Of a stretch of DNA of 64,000 bases, positions 39,279 through 46,252 are shown piece by piece; position 1 is the first letter of the stretch, and each line of letters opens with the position of its first letter. The DNA is from a bacterium (GTDB lineage: Bacteria > Bacillota_I > Bacilli_A > RFN20 > CAG-826). Made by a program: the position numbers and the translations under genes. The stretch lies in the NCBI GenBank assembly GCA_963651445.1, contig CAVJPU010000001.1, positions 129,094 through 193,093 on the forward strand, in the 5' to 3' direction. The notes beneath the pieces were generated by a model. It did no database searches, was not told where the DNA came from, and was given only the letters and a program-made list of their open reading frames with translations.

Positions 39279-40759
39279 TGAAAAAGTTACAGAAATTAGT
39301 GACCCTCGCTCTTAGCTTGGGTCTCCTTGGCGGCGCTCTCGTTGGTTGCGATAACAACGAGGATGCTTGCCCTGACATCTCCGATACCGATGCTCTTTAC
39401 ACCACTCCTCAGACTGACAAATTGCAATTTGCCTATGAGGATACTTACGCTACCACTAACTTCGATGTCACCAACACCCACGGTGTTAACTATGGCAAAG
39501 CCACTTTGGTCAGCGTAACCGATGGCGACACCGCCAACTTCAGAACGATTGATGGCACTTATCTTAGATGCCGTTTCATGGCTATCAACACCCCAGAATC
39601 GACTGCTAAAGTTGAAGCTTGGGGCGTTAAGGCTTCCAGATGGATGGCCAATGTCTTTGAGAAGGCGGTGGACTTCTGCTTAGTCTGCGATGCTGATGCT
39701 TATGGCACCGTCGACTCTTCCGGTGGCCGTGCCTTAGCCTTCGTTTGGTATAAGACCTCCGCTAGCGATGAATTGCATCCGAATCAGTGGAGACTATATA
39801 ACCTCGAATGCGTCGAGCAATGCTATTCCAAGAACCAATTGTTCTCTGATTCCTCTCTTGGCTACCTTGATTACTTCTTGGCCGCCGAAGAAAGAGGCAC
39901 CAAGTGCGGTGGCCGTGTCTATGGCCAGACCGATCCTGATTTCGTTGGCTCTACCACCATCATCGATTGCTCTTGCTACTATGTCCGTCACCATTTCGAT
40001 GAAATCGGTATCAACTTCACCGAAGGCGGTTCCGGTTCTTATCTCCACGTCACTGGCTTAGTCGTCGGTATGTTGGGCGATAACTTCGTCCTCCGCGATT
40101 TAAAACGCGACCTCGATCAGGACGAGGATGACGCTCTCGAATGCTTGTATGTCTACGCTGGTTATAACACCGCGTTGGCTTCCAAAATCAAAGTTGGATA
40201 CGTCGTTTCCTTCTATTGCCGCGCTTCGAAATATCCGAAGACTTCCGCCAATATCCAATTGACCGACGTTAGCACCGCTAACTATGGCAAATACAAGTTC
40301 ATCACCATCAAACCGACTGATGAAGCTTATTCCACTTATGTCACCACTACTCCAAGTGCTGATATGGATCCGTATGTCCCAACTACTGCTCCGACCACTT
40401 ATGATGAGTTAAGCAAGTACTATGGCTACTATACCAAGCTCCGCGTCAAGATCAGAAACGTCACCGGTACCGTCATTGACGATGATGGCAACGAAGTTCA
40501 GGTCAATAACTATTATCGTGAGACCGTCAGTTCCACTACTGGCTTAGTTACCGCCACCACGATTTACGCTTACCTCGATGGATCCGAGAATGTTGTCTGC
40601 AACGTCCGTTTGGATACTTCCTGCGGCCTCTCTTACAAAGACTTCGCCGCCGGTCAGGTTTGGGAATTCAAAGCCTACTTGTCTATGTACTATGACAATT
40701 ATCAGATTCAGGCGTTCACACTTGATAAGACCATCGGAAACGCTGTCAGAATCAGCTAA
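39278..40759 (+). CDS. Surface lipoprotein with an N-terminal staphylococcal-nuclease (SNase/thermonuclease) domain and a roughly 300-aa C-terminal extension that includes an OB-fold-like segment
   Basis: The lipobox is GGALVG|CDNN. The SNase core reads ATLVSVTDGDTANFRT..LRCRFMAINTPES...GGRALAFVWY...LECVEQCYSK, to be compared with S. aureus nuclease ATLIKAIDGDTVKL..FRLLLVDTPET..GRGLAYIY. The ATG overlaps the stop of the SBP gene (TGATG). Confidence 0.8.
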   Translation: MKKLQKLVTLALSLGLLGGALVGCDNNEDACPDISDTDALYTTPQTDKLQFAYEDTYATTNFDVTNTHGVNYGKATLVSVTDGDTANFRTIDGTYLRCRFMAINTPESTAKVEAWGVKASRWMANVFEKAVDFCLVCDADAYGTVDSSGGRALAFVWYKTSASDELHPNQWRLYNLECVEQCYSKNQLFSDSSLGYLDYFLAAEERGTKCGGRVYGQTDPDFVGSTTIIDCSCYYVRHHFDEIGINFTEGGSGSYLHVTGLVVGMLGDNFVLRDLKRDLDQDEDDALECLYVYAGYNTALASKIKVGYVVSFYCRASKYPKTSANIQLTDVSTANYGKYKFITIKPTDEAYSTYVTTTPSADMDPYVPTTAPTTYDELSKYYGYYTKLRVKIRNVTGTVIDDDGNEVQVNNYYRETVSSTTGLVTATTIYAYLDGSENVVCNVRLDTSCGLSYKDFAAGQVWEFKAYLSMYYDNYQIQAFTLDKTIGNAVRIS

Positions 40760-40776
40760 GAGAAAGGAAAAATAAG

Positions 40777-41262
40777 ATGAAATTCTATAAGTCTTTAGGT
40801 CTATTTGCCGCCGCTGCCGGAATGCTTATGTCTGGTTGCGGAGGAAACGGCGTTACCTCCGATAAAGTCATTGTCAAGGAAGCCGCCAATGCCGATGCTC
40901 TCATTGTCAACACCTCTGGTTCTTCCTTCGACCATAACCGCACCAACAAGCTCTCCTATGGAACTTCCTTGTTCTTGGCTAATTCCATGAGTGCTTCCGC
41001 CAAGGTCAAAGATGAATCCGGAAACATTGTTTCTAGCTACGTCCTTACCAAGGTTACCTGGGCTGTCTCTGGTGCTGGTGCCTCCTCTTGGTCTCATAAC
41101 GAGATGTTCGATGATACCACTAACGACTATCAAAGCTGGAAGGGCAAATATCCTGCCGCCGGCGAAGAAGCAGTCTTGGTCACCTTCACCGCTACCGTCA
41201 CTTATGGCAAGGCCTCCGCTAAGGTCAGCTATAACTTCTCGATGACCCCGAAAGGTGCTTAA
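40777..41262 (+). CDS. Small lipoprotein of unknown function
   Basis: The lipobox is GMLMSG|CGGN. It is 161 aa and Ser/Thr/Ala-rich, and it is the last gene of the ABC-nuclease operon. The RBS is AAAGGAAAA. Confidence 0.6.
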   Translation: MKFYKSLGLFAAAAGMLMSGCGGNGVTSDKVIVKEAANADALIVNTSGSSFDHNRTNKLSYGTSLFLANSMSASAKVKDESGNIVSSYVLTKVTWAVSGAGASSWSHNEMFDDTTNDYQSWKGKYPAAGEEAVLVTFTATVTYGKASAKVSYNFSMTPKGA

Positions 41263-41279
41263 TAGATTAACGAGAATAA

Positions 41280-41306
41280 AAGGTCGCTTCACGGCGGCCT
41301 TTTTTC
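41280..41306 (+). terminator. Rho-independent terminator ending the ABC-nuclease operon
   Basis: AAGGTCGC-ttcacg-GCGGCCTT (one G-U pair), then TTTTT. Confidence 0.7.
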
Positions 41307-41345
41307 GCTGTTAAACATAAGAATTCATCGATATATAATATTTAT

Positions 41346-41795
41346 ATGGCCCAGTTATCGTTAAGTAAGATCAAAAAGATTCATTCCGCTATCAAGCAAG
41401 ACAAACACAAATTCCTTTCTTTGGATATGCTTTCCCGCAAATTGGGAATCTATTCAGATGTCTTAGGCGAAGAATTAAGTGAATTTAATCCTTTGATTTT
41501 CATGGATTCTTCTTTGAATATGAAATCCTTGTTGCCTCAGTTGGAAGAAAGGATAAACGAATTAGAAAAAGAAAAGGCCAAGCAACCTAAGCAACCACGC
41601 GTGGTGGCGACCAAGAAGGAAGTCATGGAATATCGTTCCATCCAGTCCTTCATCTACGCCAAGATGACAGGTGCTGGCGGATTGGTCGATACTTCGGCCG
41701 TGTTGGATGATAAGGATCTAAGAATCCTCCAAAAGCTGGTGGCTAATGAAATCGTCAAACGTAAAGCCCCTTCTAAGAAAAAGAAAAAGAAATAA
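41346..41795 (+). CDS. Hypothetical protein (149 aa): possible N-terminal wHTH, central coiled coil, poly-Lys C-terminus
   Basis: This is a track ORF. A TATAAT at 41334..41339 ends 6 nt before the ATG and there is no SD. The C-terminus is KRKAPSKKKKKK. The function is unknown. Confidence 0.55.
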   Translation: MAQLSLSKIKKIHSAIKQDKHKFLSLDMLSRKLGIYSDVLGEELSEFNPLIFMDSSLNMKSLLPQLEERINELEKEKAKQPKQPRVVATKKEVMEYRSIQSFIYAKMTGAGGLVDTSAVLDDKDLRILQKLVANEIVKRKAPSKKKKKK

Positions 41796-41800
41796 AATAG

Positions 41801-41830
41801 CCGCTTCCTGAATGGAGGCGGTTTTCATTA
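41801..41830 (+). terminator. Rho-independent terminator
   Basis: CCGCTTCC-tgaat-GGAGGCGG (one G-U pair), then TTTTCATT. Confidence 0.6.
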
Positions 41831-41844
41831 AAAAAGATAAGACT

Positions 41845-41859
41845 ATAGCAATTTGCTAT
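41845..41859. promoter_or_regulatory. Perfect 15-bp palindrome ATAGCAA-T-TTGCTAT upstream of the hydrogenase operon (candidate operator)
   Basis: I read it directly. It lies about 100 nt upstream of the hydC-like start. Confidence 0.35.
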
Positions 41860-41960
41860 CTAAAAGCGTTTTCTTATTGCCATTCTCTAAAAAGACCTAG
41901 AAAATAAAAACATCCTATCTACCTCAATTCGTCGCTGACTCATTTTCAGGAGGACTTTTA

Positions 41961-42449
41961 ATGAATATTCGCGCCGACGTGCGAAGGGGCATCGAAGAGA
42001 TTTGCGATACCTACGCAAATGAGCCCTCTCCGCTCATGATGATTTTGTCAGACATACAGAAAAAGTATGGCTACATTCCTTTAGAGGTTCAGGAAGTGGT
42101 ATCCGATAAGACCGGCATTTCAGTGGCCGAGATTTATGGGGTCGTCACTTTCTATTCCTTCTTCTCCCTTAAACCAAAAGGGAAATACGTCGTTGGCATT
42201 TGTTTGGGAACCGCTTGTTACGTCAAGAATTCCCAAGCCGTTTTGGATGCCTTCACTAAGAAATTAGGCATTCAATCTGGGGAGACGACCGAAGATGGCT
42301 TATTCACCATCGAAGCCATCCGTTGCATCGGGGCTTGCGCCTTAGCGCCAGCGATGTCCATCAACGGCAAGGTCTATCCGAAAGTAACCCCAGAACAGGT
42401 CGATAAGATCATCGATGAATACCGTAATAAGGAGAAAGAAGATGATTAA
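41961..42449 (+). CDS. [FeFe] hydrogenase subunit HydC / NuoE-like thioredoxin-fold [2Fe-2S] ferredoxin
   Basis: NuoE/HndA-type Cys pattern (ICLGTACYVK ... IRCIGACALAP) in a 162-aa protein. The RBS is CAGGAGG. Confidence 0.88.
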   Translation: MNIRADVRRGIEEICDTYANEPSPLMMILSDIQKKYGYIPLEVQEVVSDKTGISVAEIYGVVTFYSFFSLKPKGKYVVGICLGTACYVKNSQAVLDAFTKKLGIQSGETTEDGLFTIEAIRCIGACALAPAMSINGKVYPKVTPEQVDKIIDEYRNKEKEDD

Positions 42450-44319
42450 GACAATCAAAACTCCTGAACAGTTAGAGAAAATCACTGCCTCTTGCGAAGA
42501 GGCCTTCAAGAAGAAAATCGCCGGCGGTGACGGAAAGAGAGCCGTCATGGTTTGCGGCGGAACGGGATGTTTAGCCAACGATTCCGGCCCAATTATTGAA
42601 GAATTGAAGAAACAAATCAAAGAACATAACCTCGAAGACAAGATTCAAATCAACCAAGTCGGTTGCTTCGGTTTCTGCTCCCAAGGCCCGTTCGTCAAGA
42701 TTTATCCAGAAGATACTTTGTATCGCACGGTGAAAATAGAAGACGTCAAACAAATCGTCGAAGAAGACCTTATCGGCGGCAAAGTCTGCGAGAATCTTCT
42801 TTATGTCGATCCTGCCACCCATATGAAGGTCCAACGTCAGGACGACATCAACTTCTATAAGAAACAGATTCGTATTTCTTTGCACGGCTGTTCCCTCATT
42901 GACCCGCATTCTTTGGAGGAATCCTTGGGTTATGATGGCTTCAAAGCCCTAAAGAAAGTCCTTACCGAGATGACTCCTCAGCAGGTCATCGACGAAGTCT
43001 TGGCTTCCGGACTTCGTGGCAGAGGTGGCGCGGGTTTCCCGACCGGAAGGAAATGGCAGTTCGCCGCCAATGTCCAATCCGATAAGAAATACATCGTTTG
43101 CAATGGCGACGAAGGTGACCCAGGCGCTTTCATGGATCGTTCCATTTTGGAAGGCAACCCATTCCAAGTCATCGAGGGCATGATGATTGCGGGCTATGCT
43201 TTCGGCGCTAACGAAGGTTACTTCTATGTCCGTGCCGAATATCCTATCGCCGTCGAACGCTTAAACGGCGCTATCAAAGAAATGGAAAAAGTCGGTTTAT
43301 TAGGCGACAACATTTTAGGGACCAACTTTAGCTTCAGAGCTCATTTGAGATTAGGAGCCGGCGCCTTCGTTTGTGGCGAAGAAACCGCGCTTCTTAATTC
43401 CATCGAAGGCAAGCGTGGCATGCCGCGCCCTCGTCCTCCATTCCCGGCCGTCAAAGGCCTTTGGGGCAAACCGACTTGCGTTAACAACGTTGAAACCTTA
43501 TCCCAAGTCCCATACATCATCCGCGAAGGAGCGGAGAAATATGCTTCGATCGGTACCAAAGGAAGCAAAGGCACCAAGGTTTTCGCCTTGGGTGGCAAAG
43601 TCAACAACGTTGGCTTGGTTGAAGTCCCGATGGGCACCACCTTGCGTACCTTGATTTTTGATATCGGTGGAGGCATCCCGCATAACAAGCACTTCAAAGC
43701 CATCCAGACCGGTGGTCCATCCGGTGGATGCTTGACTGAGAAAGACCTAGACGTCCCTATCGATTATGATTCCTTGATTGCCAAAGGTTCTATGATGGGC
43801 TCCGGCGGGGCCATCGTTATGGACGAAGATAACTGCATGGTCGACGTGGCTTTGTTCTATATGGATTTCATCTGCCACGAATCTTGCGGTAAGTGTTCTC
43901 CATGCCGTATCGGCACCAAGAGACTTTATGAAATGCTTCAGAAAGTCACCAACGGAACGGCGACCGAACAAACCTTGAAAGACATGAAATACTTAGCGAC
44001 CGTCATCAAAGATGGTTCGTTATGCGCATTAGGTCAGACCGCAGCCAATCCAATCTTATCGACGATGAACAACTTCCCGAAAGAATATGAGGCTCACGTC
44101 AAAGACAGGAAGTGTCCAGCCCACGTCTGCAACAAACTCATCCAATACTATATCGATCCTGATAAGTGCAAAAAGTGCTCCAAGTGCGCACGCAATTGCC
44201 CGGCAGGATGCATCAGCGGCGTCCCAGGCAAAGTCGCTTATGTCATCGATCAGAATAAGTGCCTTAAGTGCGGCGCTTGCATGGAAAACTGCTTCTTCCA
44301 TGCCATCGAGAAACGTTAA
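42442..44319 (+). CDS. [FeFe] hydrogenase subunit HydB / NuoF-like NAD(P)H- and FMN-binding subunit with a C-terminal 2x[4Fe-4S] ferredoxin domain
   Basis: The motifs are GLRGRGGAGFPTGRKW, ESCGKCSPCR and C-terminal CxxCxxCxxxCP repeats. The start is at MIKTIKTP, preceded by AAGGAGAAAG, and overlaps the previous stop. Confidence 0.9.
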   Translation: MIKTIKTPEQLEKITASCEEAFKKKIAGGDGKRAVMVCGGTGCLANDSGPIIEELKKQIKEHNLEDKIQINQVGCFGFCSQGPFVKIYPEDTLYRTVKIEDVKQIVEEDLIGGKVCENLLYVDPATHMKVQRQDDINFYKKQIRISLHGCSLIDPHSLEESLGYDGFKALKKVLTEMTPQQVIDEVLASGLRGRGGAGFPTGRKWQFAANVQSDKKYIVCNGDEGDPGAFMDRSILEGNPFQVIEGMMIAGYAFGANEGYFYVRAEYPIAVERLNGAIKEMEKVGLLGDNILGTNFSFRAHLRLGAGAFVCGEETALLNSIEGKRGMPRPRPPFPAVKGLWGKPTCVNNVETLSQVPYIIREGAEKYASIGTKGSKGTKVFALGGKVNNVGLVEVPMGTTLRTLIFDIGGGIPHNKHFKAIQTGGPSGGCLTEKDLDVPIDYDSLIAKGSMMGSGGAIVMDEDNCMVDVALFYMDFICHESCGKCSPCRIGTKRLYEMLQKVTNGTATEQTLKDMKYLATVIKDGSLCALGQTAANPILSTMNNFPKEYEAHVKDRKCPAHVCNKLIQYYIDPDKCKKCSKCARNCPAGCISGVPGKVAYVIDQNKCLKCGACMENCFFHAIEKR

Positions 44320-44330
44320 GGAGGGAGATT

Positions 44331-46133
44331 ATGGAAAACGTAAATATCAACATTGAAGGTCGTATCTATAGTGTTCCTTCTAACTTATCGGTTCTCGCCG
44401 CTGCCCGTATGGTTGGTTATAACATCCCAACTTTATGCTTCTGGAAAGACTGCGAGAATTCTCTGGCCTCCTGCCGTGTCTGCTTGGTTGAACTACGTTC
44501 ACCAGTAGGTTCCAAATTGGTGGCTAGCTGCGTCTATCCAGTCACCGATTGCCAAGCTGAGAAGGGATTTGAGATTCATATCTCCTCTCCAAAGGCCATC
44601 AACGCCAGACGTACCTCGGTCGAATTGCTTTTAAGCAACCATTCCAAGGATTGCCAAACTTGTGTTAAGAACGGACGTTGCGAATTGTTGCACGTTGCTG
44701 ATTTGGTTGGTGCCCGTGACCATCAATTCGAAGGTTCCAAGACCGAAACCCATTATGACGATGTCGCTCCTGGCATTATCAGAGATACCAGCAAGTGCAT
44801 TCTTTGTGGTCGTTGCGTCGAACGTTGCAAGAAGGCTCAAGGAATCGGCGTCCTTGGTTTCCAATATCGCGGATTCAACGCGATTGTCGGTCCGGCCTTC
44901 AATCGTTCGTTTGCCAAATCTCCATGCATTCAGTGCGGCCAATGTATCGAAGTCTGCCCGACTGGTGCTTTAAGCGAGCATCGTGAGATTGGCTTGGTCG
45001 ATGACGCCATCATGGCGGGTAAATACGTGGTTGTTCAGACCGCCCCGGCCGTAAGAGCCGCCATCGCCGAAGAATTTGGTCATAAGATTGGCGAAGAAAA
45101 CGGCACTGGCAAAATGGTGGCCGCTTTGCATCGTTTGGGCTTCAAGAAAGTCTTTGACACCAACTTCGCCGCTGACTTGACCATCATGGAAGAATCTCAA
45201 GAATTGATTAACCGTATCAAATCCAAAGATGTCTTGCCGCAGATTACTTCCTGCTCTCCGGGCTGGATCAACTATCTTGAATTGTTCTATAAAGATTTGA
45301 TTCCTAATGTTTCGACCTGCAAGTCTCCTCACGAGATGGAAGGGGCAATCATTAAGAGTTACTTTGCTAAGACTCATAACTTAAATCCGGAAGATATCTT
45401 CGTCGTTTCCATCATGCCTTGCATCGCCAAAAAGGGCGAAGCTAAGCGCAAAGCCAATAGGGCGGTGGAAAACCTTCCTGACGTCGATGCTGTATTAACT
45501 ACCCGTGAATTAGCGGTCCTCATCAAGAGAGCTGGACTTCTTTGGGACGAACTTCCAGAAGAAGACTTCGACCAAGATTTATTGGGACAATATTCTGGCG
45601 CTGGCGTCATCTTTGGCGTCACCGGCGGGGTTATGGAAGCGGCTTTGCGCACCGCTTACCATTCTTTGACTGGTAAGGAATATGGACCGATTGAATTCAG
45701 TTCCGTCCGTGGATTACAAGGCGTTAGGGAAGCTGAGATTGACATCAATGGCCTTATCTTGAAGGTCGCGATTACCTCTGGTATGAGAAACGCCAAACCA
45801 TTGCTTGATGAAATCCGCGCTGGGAAATCCCCATATGCCTTCATCGAAGTCATGGGTTGCCCAGGAGGATGTATCAACGGCGGTGGTCAGCCATTTGTTA
45901 AGCCAAACCTCTTAGCGGGTAAGGAAGCACCTGATATTTTGGATACGTATTGCCAAAAGAGAGCAGATATCCTTTACTCCATCGATGAGAGATCCACCAT
46001 CAGACAATCTCATAATAATCCTGACATCAAGGCTTTGTATGATAACTTCTTAGGCGAGCCATGTGGTGGCATCGCCGAGAACTTGTTGCACACCACCTAC
46101 CTCGATGATCGTGAGAAATTCCCGAAGAAATAA
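44331..46133 (+). CDS. hydA: [FeFe] hydrogenase catalytic subunit HydA (NuoG-like N-terminal FeS domains plus H-cluster domain)
   Basis: The H-cluster motifs are P1 TSCSPGW (canonical TSCCPxW), P2 MPCIAKKGE and P3 EVMGCPGGCINGGGQP. The N-terminus has [2Fe-2S] and [4Fe-4S] Cys clusters. The start is at MENVNINIEG, with the RBS AAGGAGGGAG. Confidence 0.92.
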   Translation: MENVNINIEGRIYSVPSNLSVLAAARMVGYNIPTLCFWKDCENSLASCRVCLVELRSPVGSKLVASCVYPVTDCQAEKGFEIHISSPKAINARRTSVELLLSNHSKDCQTCVKNGRCELLHVADLVGARDHQFEGSKTETHYDDVAPGIIRDTSKCILCGRCVERCKKAQGIGVLGFQYRGFNAIVGPAFNRSFAKSPCIQCGQCIEVCPTGALSEHREIGLVDDAIMAGKYVVVQTAPAVRAAIAEEFGHKIGEENGTGKMVAALHRLGFKKVFDTNFAADLTIMEESQELINRIKSKDVLPQITSCSPGWINYLELFYKDLIPNVSTCKSPHEMEGAIIKSYFAKTHNLNPEDIFVVSIMPCIAKKGEAKRKANRAVENLPDVDAVLTTRELAVLIKRAGLLWDELPEEDFDQDLLGQYSGAGVIFGVTGGVMEAALRTAYHSLTGKEYGPIEFSSVRGLQGVREAEIDINGLILKVAITSGMRNAKPLLDEIRAGKSPYAFIEVMGCPGGCINGGGQPFVKPNLLAGKEAPDILDTYCQKRADILYSIDERSTIRQSHNNPDIKALYDNFLGEPCGGIAENLLHTTYLDDREKFPKK

Positions 46134-46152
46134 CATTTTCAAGGATAAGAAG

Positions 46153-46180
46153 GCGTCGAAAGTCGACGCTTTTTTATTTT
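46153..46180 (+). terminator. Rho-independent terminator after hydA
   Basis: GCGTCGA-aag-TCGACGC followed by TTTTTTATTTTTT. Confidence 0.85.
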
Positions 46181-46252
46181 TTAAATAAATAATTTCTCTT
46201 TTGCTCTTCATCGTGCCAAAATATGGTGTAATAGAGAGGAGAAATTTTAATA

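Noticed and set aside
40801-41292. A 163-aa ORF antisense to the small lipoprotein gene
   Set aside because: It mirrors the plus-strand ORF almost end to end. The plus-strand frame has an RBS, a signal peptide and a lipobox, while the antisense frame has none of these.
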